A stretch of DNA of 20,563 bases from a virus (taxonomy: Duplodnaviria > Heunggongvirae > Uroviricota > Caudoviricetes), in the IMG/VR virus record IMGVR_UViG_2974665086_000001, positions 118,700-139,262 of that record; one strand, written 5' to 3'. How positions within the stretch are numbered: position 1 is the stretch's first letter; every line of letters begins with the position of its first letter. Of this stretch, positions 1 to 7,865 are shown in pieces. Position numbers and translations under genes: made by a program. Below the pieces are notes generated by a model. That model made no database searches, was not told the origin of the DNA, and saw only the letters and a program-made list of their open reading frames with translations.

Positions 1-2
1 TG

Positions 3-164
3 TGCAGTTACTTATTGATGATAGCCTTAATGGTTGTGCATGAGCATATTAACCCCAATTTTCACGCAGCAGGCTTCTGGCATTGTTTAATTCTAGTTAG
101 TATCGCAACAAGCATGTATGCCGTGTTCAAGTATGTAAGACCAATTGAAGAAGATGCAATCTGA
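3..164 (+). CDS. 5'-truncated small membrane protein
   Basis: Open frame from window edge to TGA 162-164 (CSYLLMIALMVVHEH...LILVSIATSMYAVFKYVRPIEEDAI); two hydrophobic stretches; followed directly by a promoter. Confidence 0.5.
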   Translation, partial: CSYLLMIALMVVHEHINPNFHAAGFWHCLILVSIATSMYAVFKYVRPIEEDAI

Positions 165-165
165 C

Positions 166-194
166 TTGACCTTTCTGCCTGACGTGTGTAGGCT
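166..194 (+). promoter_or_regulatory. sigma70/SigA-type promoter
   Basis: TTGACC 166-171, 17-bp spacer, TAGGCT 189-194; leader CAACAACGGAGG follows. Confidence 0.65.
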
Positions 195-222
195 GGTCTC
201 AACATCAACAACGGAGGACAAC

Positions 223-621
223 TTGAAGGCTCGTGATTGGCTCGCAGATCAGAATTTGGCGAAGCGTGGCGCAAAGGGCAAGTTCAGCTCGGTCGCGATG
301 CAGGCGCTCGCTAAGCATATCGCAGCGGGCAACACGCTTGACGACTGGGATAAGAACGGTCGCATTAAGCCCGTAACTAACGGCGATGAGATAGTTAGAA
401 CAGTAAAGATGCCAGTGCAGCGAGTTACACCGATTAAGACTGATCGGGTCGCTATTCGTGGTGCAAACAAGATGCGTGTTGTTGATACGCGTGGTACGGT
501 TATTGTTCTCGACACTCATACAGGCAAGGATAGCTGCAATAAGCCTATCCGTTTTTGTGCGTGCAAGAACCTGCGTCCACCGCATTACATTGACGTGGAA
601 TCTTTTACATTTGAAGTTTAA
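223..621 (+). CDS. Hypothetical protein with N-terminal Lsr2 DNA-binding-domain-like motif (132 aa)
   Basis: TTG start at 223 after GGAGG (the track start at 145 overlaps the promoter). KARDWLADQNLAKRGAKGKFSSVAMQA resembles Lsr2 [22 protein letters not shown] by eye. Confidence 0.7.
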   Translation: MKARDWLADQNLAKRGAKGKFSSVAMQALAKHIAAGNTLDDWDKNGRIKPVTNGDEIVRTVKMPVQRVTPIKTDRVAIRGANKMRVVDTRGTVIVLDTHTGKDSCNKPIRFCACKNLRPPHYIDVESFTFEV

Positions 622-639
622 TCGTGATAGGATATATAT

Positions 640-993
640 ATGAGCTTTACATCAGACCTTATTAGTATGGACCATCCTGAGGGATTTGAAATCTCAGATG
701 AAGTTTGGGATGGTACCAACCCCGCAGAGATTATTGATAATCTGATTGAGCGCGGGTTTATTCTAGAGAACGCCGAAGGTAATCTTATCTGGGGTGAAGC
801 TCTCGAACAGAGTTATCCCGAGGTAGCAGAATTACTTACTGCCATTCATAAAGCAGCAACCGAACAGGTTATCGCTGATATGGTAGAAGCAGAGATTTTG
901 CAGGGAACGTTCAATGGGACTGATATGGTTTACCAACTTACAGAGGAGGGAAAACTATATGCAGATGGTCTCTTGGACAAAAGCACCAGATGA
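640..993 (+). CDS. Acidic hypothetical protein, possible C-terminal winged-helix
   Basis: 117-aa ORF; C-terminal MVEAEIL...YQLTEEGK is typical of wHTH ends; function unknown. Confidence 0.7.
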   Translation: MSFTSDLISMDHPEGFEISDEVWDGTNPAEIIDNLIERGFILENAEGNLIWGEALEQSYPEVAELLTAIHKAATEQVIADMVEAEILQGTFNGTDMVYQLTEEGKLYADGLLDKSTR

Positions 994-1339
994 ACTAACC
1001 GCTAATTTGCCGTATGACTTGTTCATGCGTACAACTCCGGTTAATCATGGTGTAGTTATTCGCCCGTTCGATAACTACATCGGTGAGACAGAGTTAGAAT
1101 CACGTCGTTATAGCATTGTTCGTCAGAGCAAGGTTAATGGCACCTTCCGTTGTATTATCGCTAGCAGCAGCTATGATCACGGATGGGATTCGGAAAACCT
1201 GTTGGAACCTTTCGAGCAGTATATCAACGGGCATTTCGTAGAATTGCTTGCGGCTGGTGCACTCGACACAGTTAATATGACTAGTGTAGACGGGTGGGAC
1301 GGCACAAGCGTTTCACTCATCAATTGTCTATTCAGTTAG
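959..1339 (+). CDS. Hypothetical protein (126 aa)
   Basis: ATG 959 after GAGGAGG 943-949; same frame as track ORF 914..1339. Confidence 0.65.
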   Translation: MQMVSWTKAPDELTANLPYDLFMRTTPVNHGVVIRPFDNYIGETELESRRYSIVRQSKVNGTFRCIIASSSYDHGWDSENLLEPFEQYINGHFVELLAAGALDTVNMTSVDGWDGTSVSLINCLFS

Positions 1340-1347
1340 GTTAAACA

Positions 1348-1845
1348 ATGACTATAGTTCTAGCTGTGCTTATGGTGCTAGTAGCCCTTTTCTGCATCTA
1401 CAAGATGTATGGAGGCTGGACGGAAGATAAGCAGCTCTCGCCAGTCACACAAGCCGAGATTGAAAAGGGTAAATATGGACACCCTTTCAATCCGGTTGAC
1501 GTAATCAAAGAATCACTGAGACTTGAAGCACCGCCCGAGGGTTATTGGTGGGAGATTGAAGTAGGTGCGAAAGATAACGGCGTTGTCTTGAAGCTGGCTA
1601 TGCGTGATATGATGACGCAGACAGTAACAGTAATCGATGAATGTCGATTGGATGAAGTCGTTATCTCGTATTCATACTCACCGGATAAGAAAATGCCCGT
1701 TTCCGAGTATTATGCATCGGAACATGCGGACGCCAATCAGGCTAAACAACTATTCCAGGGCTGGGCACGGCGGGTAACCAAGGATGCTCGAATGGAATAT
1801 GACAGTAAATATCAGGCAGTATACGAGCAGGAGATTATTTCCTAA
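1348..1845 (+). CDS. N-terminally membrane-anchored protein (paralog of 1845-2345)
   Basis: Hydrophobic N-terminus MTIVLAVLMVLVALFCIY; motif PFNPVDVIKESLRLEAPPEGYWWEI. Confidence 0.8.
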   Translation: MTIVLAVLMVLVALFCIYKMYGGWTEDKQLSPVTQAEIEKGKYGHPFNPVDVIKESLRLEAPPEGYWWEIEVGAKDNGVVLKLAMRDMMTQTVTVIDECRLDEVVISYSYSPDKKMPVSEYYASEHADANQAKQLFQGWARRVTKDARMEYDSKYQAVYEQEIIS

Positions 1846-2345
1846 TGGCGTTCACTATATTTATGCTATCTGGCGCAGTAGTAGTATTTCTAGCATTTTT
1901 GTGGGCTATCTGGCCGATGCTGGAAATTGACAAAAAGAAAAAGCCAGTACCTACACCAGCACCGCCAGAGCCGACAGGCAATGTGCTTAACCTTCCATTC
2001 GATCCTATGGAATCGGCTCGTCGTGCTCTATCACTGTATACGTCTCCGGTTGGTTATTTGTGGCAGCTTAAGTATTCTAAAGCTCAGTACGTTCCTAGCT
2101 CCGAAGAAAGTATCGTATTCTGGATTCATCTGTATAATTCTGACACACAGCAGAACGATGGTCCCGGCATGAAGGTTAGTCTTACTAATATTGCTAATCT
2201 ATGGGAAGAAAGCAATAAGTCGAAAACTTATGCTAAGGGACTCGAACAAACGTTCTGCGGGAAAATCGTCAAGTACGCTTCCGGCAAGCGCAAAGAAAAG
2301 CAGATTGAAGTGTTTGAGGAAGGCATTCCAGTTTATGTGATTTGA
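1845..2345 (+). CDS. N-terminally membrane-anchored protein (paralog of 1348-1845)
   Basis: Hydrophobic N-terminus, Pro-rich linker, motif PFDPMESARRALSLYTSPVGYLWQL; TAATG overlap with upstream gene. Confidence 0.8.
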   Translation: MAFTIFMLSGAVVVFLAFLWAIWPMLEIDKKKKPVPTPAPPEPTGNVLNLPFDPMESARRALSLYTSPVGYLWQLKYSKAQYVPSSEESIVFWIHLYNSDTQQNDGPGMKVSLTNIANLWEESNKSKTYAKGLEQTFCGKIVKYASGKRKEKQIEVFEEGIPVYVI

Positions 2346-2370
2346 CAGCAGCAGACGACGAGTGTACGCT
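2342..2370 (+). promoter_or_regulatory. sigma70/SigA-type promoter
   Basis: TTGACA 2342-2347, 17 bp, TACGCT 2365-2370. Confidence 0.7.
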
Positions 2371-2390
2371 AGAGTTCAGGAGGTCATCAC

Positions 2391-2504
2391 ATGGCAAAGA
2401 TGCTCGGAGACTCTAGCTACATTCCGAAGAAGCGCGCTACAATCGAGAAGCGCCAGGCACGCAGACGCGAAACCCGACGATGGAAGAAAGATCAGGTGAA
2501 TTGA
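2391..2504 (+). CDS. 37-aa Arg/Lys-rich peptide
   Basis: Below track cutoff; AGGAGGT 2378-2384 then ATG; MAKMLGDSSYIPKKRATIEKRQARRRETRRWKKDQVN. Confidence 0.75.
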   Translation: MAKMLGDSSYIPKKRATIEKRQARRRETRRWKKDQVN

Positions 2505-2506
2505 TA

Positions 2507-2905
2507 ATGCCTATCATGCATGAGTGGTTGTACGAGACAGTCAACCTTAAGGAATTGGTTGGCGCAGTTCGTAGTATCGTTAAGCAGAACCCAGATAACA
2601 ATTATCGCGACAATCACAACGAGTGCTACTACCTGTTGGTAGATAACGAACCGGGTTGCATTATCGGTCGTGGCTTGCACGCTATTGGTGTCAGCAAGGA
2701 ACGTCTCGAAGAGCTGGACGCCGACGAAGAGGACTCCGGTTTTCAACCTTTGTATTCACGTGCACAAAACCAGATCGAAGAGCCGGATATTCCGGTAGCT
2801 GTGCGTTGGTTGCAATCTGTTCAGACAATGCAGGACACTGGCAGCACTGATTTTGATGCGGTGTTGTTTGCCGACGCAAAATATCCAAATGTTTACACCG
2901 ACTGA
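2507..2905 (+). CDS. Hypothetical protein (paralog of 3249-3629)
   Basis: Start moved to ATG 2507, just after the 2504 stop; motif NPDNNY..ECYY..PGCIIGRGL..IGV and QTMQD. Confidence 0.75.
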   Translation: MPIMHEWLYETVNLKELVGAVRSIVKQNPDNNYRDNHNECYYLLVDNEPGCIIGRGLHAIGVSKERLEELDADEEDSGFQPLYSRAQNQIEEPDIPVAVRWLQSVQTMQDTGSTDFDAVLFADAKYPNVYTD

Positions 2906-2938
2906 AAATTCCCAAAAATTTTCAAAAATAGTTAGCGG

Positions 2939-3256
2939 GTGAGAAAAATCAAAAAAAATCAAAAATTGGATAAACTTCCTACGCAGCCCGATCCCGATTT
3001 GCTTGAGAATCTTATCTTTACTAACTATAGTCGGATGATCTGGAATAAAAAGATCACGGTTGAGCAAGCCAATGCTGAGCTGGATAAGCTTGAAGGCTTT
3101 CCAATTAACACTCGGTTTATTGGTATTGCTCGCCGCATCGAAGGCAGAGGTATCGTCGTACATTACCTTAAATGGGTAAACGGCGGCTGGGAAAACAATA
3201 CGGAAGAGCGACGTACAGAGCGCGCTCAAGAGGTAAGAAGGAATCGCAATGGCTGA
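2939..3256 (+). CDS. Hypothetical protein
   Basis: 105-aa GTG-start ORF filling the gap; overlaps the next gene by 8 bp. Confidence 0.65.
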   Translation: MRKIKKNQKLDKLPTQPDPDLLENLIFTNYSRMIWNKKITVEQANAELDKLEGFPINTRFIGIARRIEGRGIVVHYLKWVNGGWENNTEERRTERAQEVRRNRNG

Positions 3257-3629
3257 ATACGAATTTAAGTTGCTGCCTTATGATGTTCTGATGCAGGCAC
3301 GAATAATTCTGCGTGCGACACCAGACTTTCGTTATCATGGTGGCGACTGTGCACAAGAGGTTGGCGGAAAGGCTTTGGGTAGCTGTAGGTACATCGAAGA
3401 TGGTGTAGGCAGTTGCTTGTTCGGTAAGGCTTTGCTTGATCTTGGTGTTCCCGCTGACTTTATCTCAGAGCAGGAAGAGAATAATATTCGAGTCTTCTGG
3501 GACGATGCTGATATTACTGATTTCCAAAAGAGAATCGTAACCGAGCTGAGTAGAATCCAGAGAATGCAGGACCGAAACTATACTTATGGTGAGATTTACG
3601 AGCTGCAAAATGCCGGAATTCTTATGTAA
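3249..3629 (+). CDS. Hypothetical protein (paralog of 2507-2905)
   Basis: Motif TPDFRY..SCRY..GSCLFGKAL..LGV and QRMQD. Confidence 0.8.
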   Translation: MAEYEFKLLPYDVLMQARIILRATPDFRYHGGDCAQEVGGKALGSCRYIEDGVGSCLFGKALLDLGVPADFISEQEENNIRVFWDDADITDFQKRIVTELSRIQRMQDRNYTYGEIYELQNAGILM

Positions 3630-3637
3630 TATGTTAT

Positions 3638-3657
3638 CCTAATTCTAATGAATTAGG
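3638..3657 (+). terminator. 8-bp stem-loop after stop codon (possible terminator)
   Basis: CCTAATTC-taat-GAATTAGG; no U-tract. Confidence 0.3.
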
Positions 3658-3659
3658 GG

Positions 3660-3803
3660 GTGATTAGGCTGTGCCAAGTCACATACACAAACAAGCAAGG
3701 CGTTCAGCGTATTACTTCGGTCAAAAGCCGCGTAGTCGCTGAGCGTCTTGCTTCGTGGTTATCTAAACGTGGTGCCACACAAATTTCAATTAAGGAACTA
3801 TAA
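3660..3803 (+). CDS. 47-aa basic hypothetical protein
   Basis: GTG start, MIRLCQVTYTNKQGVQRITSVKSRVVAERLASWLSKRGATQISIKEL; TAATG overlap with the next gene; start site uncertain. Confidence 0.5.
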   Translation: MIRLCQVTYTNKQGVQRITSVKSRVVAERLASWLSKRGATQISIKEL

Positions 3804-4111
3804 TGATTGTTGTCGAAGAGTCAAAGATTAAGCAGATTGAGTCGGCTCTCGCTTTGCTTAAGGAAGTCGATCTGATTTATACGCAGTCCGAAATAACGAT
3901 CATGCGTTGGATCGAGCAGCAGCGTAGCGCCGCAGCAGAGCAGGAGCGCCAGCGGCTAGAGCGTGGCAAGGCTATGTATCAGGCTTACTGCAAGGAGCTG
4001 AACGTTTCCTACCCCAGTGTAGAGCGAGCATGGGCGCTGATGCACAAAAACAAGCGCCAAGCATGGATGGTCGCAGCCGAATATGCAGCGCATTGGAAGG
4101 CCGCAGAATGA
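3803..4111 (+). CDS. Hypothetical protein
   Basis: 102 aa, AAGGA RBS. Confidence 0.75.
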   Translation: MIVVEESKIKQIESALALLKEVDLIYTQSEITIMRWIEQQRSAAAEQERQRLERGKAMYQAYCKELNVSYPSVERAWALMHKNKRQAWMVAAEYAAHWKAAE

Positions 4112-4144
4112 GCGTTTTTCTGGGCGTTTTGGAGCCTAAACTTA

Positions 4145-4564
4145 ATGTCTAAAAGTATGGAAGAATATTTTGATTTCACGATACTGTATGAGGGCGGCAC
4201 CGAAGAAAAGTTATATGCAAAAGCTGGCACCTTTAAGTTTGACGCGAATTATCCAGAGTACGATATCCAATATTGGGCAAGCGAAAGATATACTGCACTG
4301 CCGCCAACTAAATACACACTTAGTTACGTTAACTTAAACGGCGCGCACGTGGAAATGACTCTGCCCTATGGAACTAGATACGTCATGCGTAAGATTAAAG
4401 GTAATCTCTGGTGGGTTGAGTTTAAGGTGGGCAATGATTGGAAACGTTGCTTCCAATACCATGATAAACTTATTGATGCGTTAAAGGATATGGCAGAAAA
4501 TAGAGTGCCACATATGAGTTATCGCATTAATGGAGGAAAACTAGATGGTAAACCGAGCAAATGA
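4145..4564 (+). CDS. Hypothetical protein
   Basis: 139 aa, GGAG RBS. Confidence 0.75.
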   Translation: MSKSMEEYFDFTILYEGGTEEKLYAKAGTFKFDANYPEYDIQYWASERYTALPPTKYTLSYVNLNGAHVEMTLPYGTRYVMRKIKGNLWWVEFKVGNDWKRCFQYHDKLIDALKDMAENRVPHMSYRINGGKLDGKPSK

Positions 4565-4835
4565 GTTAACAGACATTGTTCAAGCGATTGCACTGCACAG
4601 TTTCGAGGCCGGTAGTTTAAGAGCTACTGCCATTCTTAGAGGCGAACCAGAGCCAGAAAAAGTTAAGCAGTTGCATAAGCTGGTGAGTCAACTCTCATTG
4701 GCAATGTTAAGTTATTACAATGAGCAGTACGCGGAAGATACTCAGCTAGGTATAGATTACTTATCTGGTAAGGGCATTTTTAGCACCGCAGAGCAAGCAC
4801 AGAAGCGTTACGGTAAACCCTTGTCAGCGAGCTAG
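4545..4835 (+). CDS. Hypothetical protein
   Basis: 96 aa, GGAGG RBS. Confidence 0.75.
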   Translation: MVNRANELTDIVQAIALHSFEAGSLRATAILRGEPEPEKVKQLHKLVSQLSLAMLSYYNEQYAEDTQLGIDYLSGKGIFSTAEQAQKRYGKPLSAS

Positions 4836-4849
4836 CATCACGCTATGGT
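4821..4849 (+). promoter_or_regulatory. sigma70/SigA-type promoter
   Basis: TTGTCA 4821-4826, 17 bp, TATGGT 4844-4849. Confidence 0.55.
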
Positions 4850-4875
4850 ATAGGTGAACCGAACGGAGCACAGCA

Positions 4876-5115
4876 ATGTTCACCATTACCGTAACGTACA
4901 CGTCACACGACGATAAAATATTGGATAAGTTAATGCACGTGTTTCACGTCGTAGACACAGCGTTAACTTTTTTGTACGATGAGATTAACAATGCGATTGT
5001 GCTGCATAAAGTTATGCCAAACATCACCGATCAGGGTAATGGGATAACTTATGTCAATCGTATGCAGGAAACTGTGCACCTGGTAATGCGTAAAGTTATC
5101 CCCGAAGAAAATTAG
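4876..5115 (+). CDS. Hypothetical protein
   Basis: 79 aa, GGAG RBS. Confidence 0.7.
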   Translation: MFTITVTYTSHDDKILDKLMHVFHVVDTALTFLYDEINNAIVLHKVMPNITDQGNGITYVNRMQETVHLVMRKVIPEEN

Positions 5116-5128
5116 ATCGCGGTTTGTG

Positions 5129-5157
5129 TTGACAACAGCGTCTAGTGTCTGTAATGT
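5129..5157 (+). promoter_or_regulatory. sigma70/SigA-type promoter within an imperfect inverted repeat
   Basis: TTGACA 5129-5134, 17 bp, TAATGT 5152-5157; GTTTGTG..ACAACA / TGTTGT..CACAAAC arms span 5122-5170. Confidence 0.7.
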
Positions 5158-5186
5158 TGTTCTCACAAACAACGGGAGGCATTGCA

Positions 5187-5432
5187 ATGGAGAGTAACCG
5201 ACTCAAACAAGCCATGACACATAAGCACAACGCAGCTTATTATTTTGCCGTGGGTTATAATGCCGCGCAAGGTAAAGAAGCAATCAATGCCGAGACGTTT
5301 GCTTATGCCTATCGTGAGGACTATAAACAGCGCGTCAACGGAGATACACAAGTCTTCCCGAACGTCCGTGATTTCGCCGAGGTCTATCTAGATTCACTCG
5401 CGAGCACGTTCTACAACAAGCCCAAGGATTAA
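5187..5432 (+). CDS. Hypothetical protein (81 aa)
   Basis: ATG 5187 after GGGAGG; the track start at 5145 lies inside the promoter. Confidence 0.75.
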   Translation: MESNRLKQAMTHKHNAAYYFAVGYNAAQGKEAINAETFAYAYREDYKQRVNGDTQVFPNVRDFAEVYLDSLASTFYNKPKD

Positions 5433-5455
5433 CTTAAGCTCTACCGTCACCGGTC

Positions 5456-5491
5456 AAGGTAGCATAAGCATAAAACCTTATGCTACCTTTT
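5456..5491 (+). terminator. 13-bp stem-loop, probable intrinsic terminator
   Basis: AAGGTAGCATAAG-8 nt-CTTATGCTACCTT followed by TT. Confidence 0.55.
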
Positions 5492-5509
5492 AAGTTGGGA
5501 GAAATAGTT

Positions 5510-5770
5510 ATGCGTTGCCTATCGTGCAATGAAGTGTTTACGGAAAACGGTACTCAGTTCTGCTCAGACCGCCACCGAAAAAGATATCTGCACGACCATG
5601 CTCTATGCAAAACACCACATAAGAAAAGTTGGTGGGTTGAAGAGGATGCACAAGAGTTTATTGATACACACGAAGACCTGTATAAAGTTAACCTGCATCC
5701 TTACATGTGTTCGTGCCTTATGTGGCATATTGGTCACAGCATTAAGGAAGAACTTGCACACTCCGCTTAA
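5510..5770 (+). CDS. Putative double zinc-finger protein (paralog of 15792-16130)
   Basis: ATG 5510 after GGAG; CLSC..FCSDRH plus CKTPHK..YMCSCLMWHIGHS. Confidence 0.75.
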   Translation: MRCLSCNEVFTENGTQFCSDRHRKRYLHDHALCKTPHKKSWWVEEDAQEFIDTHEDLYKVNLHPYMCSCLMWHIGHSIKEELAHSA

Positions 5771-5793
5771 CTTAAATCAAAGAAAGAGAAATA

Positions 5794-5970
5794 TTGGCTA
5801 GATTCAAAGTAATACAAATCTATGGACCGAATCACAATCCACGAGCAAAAGAAATTGATGCCGAGGATTTTGCAGCTAAAGATGACTGGATTATCTTTTA
5901 TAACGGTTCGGGCAGAGCAGTAGCCGCAGCTAGCGCACATAACACACTCACAGTAGAGAAAGAATGGTAA
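5794..5970 (+). CDS. 58-aa hypothetical protein
   Basis: TTG start after AAAGAG; MARFKVIQIYGPNHNPRAKEIDAEDFAAKDDWIIFYNGSGRAVAAASAHNTLTVEKEW; fills the gap exactly. Confidence 0.6.
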   Translation: MARFKVIQIYGPNHNPRAKEIDAEDFAAKDDWIIFYNGSGRAVAAASAHNTLTVEKEW

Positions 5971-5971
5971 C

Positions 5972-6439
5972 ATGAGCAATAAACTTAAGATCGGTATCGT
6001 TGTCGCAGTAGTCGTTATTCTTATCGTAACCGTCGTGGGTTGCAGTAAGGCTAATAACAATAACCGACAGACCGAGTATAAAGAGGTATGGACCACCCAT
6101 TACCAAAATGGTAGGTACGATCCCTATTATGATTATGGTCTAGGTTCACGTATGGAAAACGGTCGTCGCATTTATGTAGTTCCGCAGCAAGCACCTAAGA
6201 CTGTGATTAACAACTACAATAACAATTCTCCGCAGACTACCAAGAATAATACTGTCACCACTACACCTAGCAAGCCCGCACCTACTACTGCACCAAAGCC
6301 TAGCGATAAGCCTACGCTTAAGATCGAGACCAGTAAGCAGCAGACGCAGGCACCTAAAGTTAACACTCCTGCACAGCCTAAGCCCGCTGCACCTAAACCT
6401 CCTGCACCGAAGCCAGCAGCACCTAAGCCTGCCAAGTAA
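5972..6439 (+). CDS. Putative lipoprotein with Pro/Lys/Ala-rich C-terminal tail
   Basis: Basic N-terminus, hydrophobic core, lipobox VVGC (Cys24); tail KPAAPKPPAPKPAAPKPAK. Confidence 0.75.
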   Translation: MSNKLKIGIVVAVVVILIVTVVGCSKANNNNRQTEYKEVWTTHYQNGRYDPYYDYGLGSRMENGRRIYVVPQQAPKTVINNYNNNSPQTTKNNTVTTTPSKPAPTTAPKPSDKPTLKIETSKQQTQAPKVNTPAQPKPAAPKPPAPKPAAPKPAK

Positions 6440-6472
6440 ACTTATCTTCCGGAAATTAATTTCGGCGTAGTG

Positions 6473-6521
6473 TTGCGTTCGCTCTGTGCTTGTAGTAGAG
6501 TCTTACTTACAAGCACAGAGC
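6473..6521 (+). promoter_or_regulatory. Promoter embedded in a 14-bp perfect inverted repeat
   Basis: TTGCGT 6473-6478, 17 bp, TAGAGT 6496-6501; GCTCTGTGCTTGTA 6481-6494 / TACAAGCACAGAGC 6508-6521. Confidence 0.65.
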
Positions 6522-6549
6522 ACCAAACAATCAGAGGAGAAAAACTAAA

Positions 6550-6765
6550 ATGGAGTTTACTTACAACAACGGTTTCTTTGATTTTATTTGGTGGGGTGGT
6601 AGTTATATTACTCCGGGCATCAACTATGGTGCGCTAGGTTTCAAGCCTAGCGATAATCACGTTATCGGCGTGTGGGATTACAATAAGGACGCACCGACTA
6701 TTCCAAAGACTCAGAAAGCATTTGAACGTAAGTGCAACGAGTGGTTCGCTGAGAACTTCAACTGA
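6550..6765 (+). CDS. Hypothetical protein
   Basis: 71 aa, GAGGAG RBS. Confidence 0.8.
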   Translation: MEFTYNNGFFDFIWWGGSYITPGINYGALGFKPSDNHVIGVWDYNKDAPTIPKTQKAFERKCNEWFAENFN

Positions 6766-6776
6766 GAGGATATGTT

Positions 6777-7001
6777 ATGTCTGTCAAGAGCTTGAAGAGT
6801 GACCTAAACGAGTGTGATTACTTTATCGTGCATCATTGGCGCGATATGAAGAATGTCACCGAACTGGGCTTTAAACGAAATTGGGATAGCTTGCAGTTCT
6901 ATTTAGCAGAGCGCAACGCTATTGCGTTAAAGTTGCTGGATCAAGGAATTGATTTGGTCGATCTTGACCTGGTGGTTCCGATGCAAGAGTCACAGCTTTA
7001 A
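6777..7001 (+). CDS. Hypothetical protein
   Basis: 74 aa, preceded by motif variant GGATATGTT. Confidence 0.75.
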   Translation: MSVKSLKSDLNECDYFIVHHWRDMKNVTELGFKRNWDSLQFYLAERNAIALKLLDQGIDLVDLDLVVPMQESQL

Positions 7002-7015
7002 GTTATCAAACATCG

Positions 7016-7044
7016 CCCCGGCTTAATAGCCGGGGTTTTGTTTT
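7016..7044 (+). terminator. Intrinsic terminator
   Basis: CCCCGGCT-taat-AGCCGGGG then TTTTGTTTT, 15 nt after a stop codon. Confidence 0.85.
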
Positions 7045-7066
7045 GGAGAAAGATTAGGTAAAGATT

Positions 7067-7315
7067 ATGGGATGGATTAGACAGACTAAAATGCCGTGTC
7101 CGTGCGGAGCTAGGCCAACACTGCCGAGCTACTTCGGTAATAAGCACATGGTAGGCGATTGTTGGCAATGTGATACGTGTGAGTTTAAATGGTACGTAGA
7201 GCTGACAACGAAAACTGCATATGACTTCAAACAAGAAAAGTTCCAAGAAACTAAATTGGAATGGGTTACATATGACCCATTGGAGAAGTTAACTAAACGA
7301 AGCAAGAGCTACTGA
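7067..7315 (+). CDS. Small Cys-motif (putative Zn-binding) protein
   Basis: CPC..P and WQCDTCEFKW. Confidence 0.75.
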   Translation: MGWIRQTKMPCPCGARPTLPSYFGNKHMVGDCWQCDTCEFKWYVELTTKTAYDFKQEKFQETKLEWVTYDPLEKLTKRSKSY

Positions 7316-7389
7316 TGAGTATACTATTTTGGATAGCTTTCTTTATCGCATTCGTTGCTGTATTTGCAGCATTAAACTATTGGTTATAA
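7315..7389 (+). CDS. 24-aa hydrophobic membrane peptide
   Basis: TGATG coupling to the upstream stop; MSILFWIAFFIAFVAVFAALNYWL; fills the gap. Confidence 0.55.
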   Translation: MSILFWIAFFIAFVAVFAALNYWL

Positions 7390-7393
7390 CATA

Positions 7394-7699
7394 ATGGTAT
7401 GGGACGATTGTTTTAGTATGGCATCAAAGTATGTGTGTATAGAGTGCAGGCATGTAGGCAACAATAAATGCCATAAGCACGACGATAATGTCACGGTTAG
7501 TTGGCGTTGGCGTGGTCCGAAAAAGAATAATGGCATAGCTTGGCGACGTATTTCGCAGGGTGAATGGTTATGGGATCGCAAAGCAGTAGCCAGAGCAGAA
7601 CAAAAGAAATCTGACAAACGAGCTAAGTTTGAACAGGTAATGAAACGAAAGAAAAGAGAGCTTAGTGGTAATCACCACAACGACGTTAAGAATACTTAG
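7394..7699 (+). CDS. Basic Cys-containing hypothetical protein
   Basis: CIECR..KCHKH..WRWRGPKK..AW; true start may be the later Met (MASKY). Confidence 0.7.
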   Translation: MVWDDCFSMASKYVCIECRHVGNNKCHKHDDNVTVSWRWRGPKKNNGIAWRRISQGEWLWDRKAVARAEQKKSDKRAKFEQVMKRKKRELSGNHHNDVKNT

Positions 7700-7865
7700 A
7701 CGATATAAGTATATTGGTTCCGAACCGATCACATTCGAGGACCTAGACGGAGTTAGAACAATATCTATCGGTGAACATAGTTATCAGGTAGAGCAGTATA
7801 ATGAAGCTGATAAGACAATAACTAATAGTCGTACACCACCGATAGGTTTGTGGAAGGAAATTTAA
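7665..7865 (+). CDS. Hypothetical protein
   Basis: 66 aa, abuts the next gene; start uncertain. Confidence 0.55.
   Translation: MVITTTTLRILRRYKYIGSEPITFEDLDGVRTISIGEHSYQVEQYNEADKTITNSRTPPIGLWKEI

Noticed and set aside
1927-5801. Alternative-frame + strand ORFs 1927..2172, 2656..2850 and 5529..5801
   Set aside because: They are fully nested in better-supported genes and have no RBS.
6214-6435. Gly/Ala-rich 73-aa minus-strand ORF
   Set aside because: It is the antisense read of the PAPK repeat tail of the lipoprotein.
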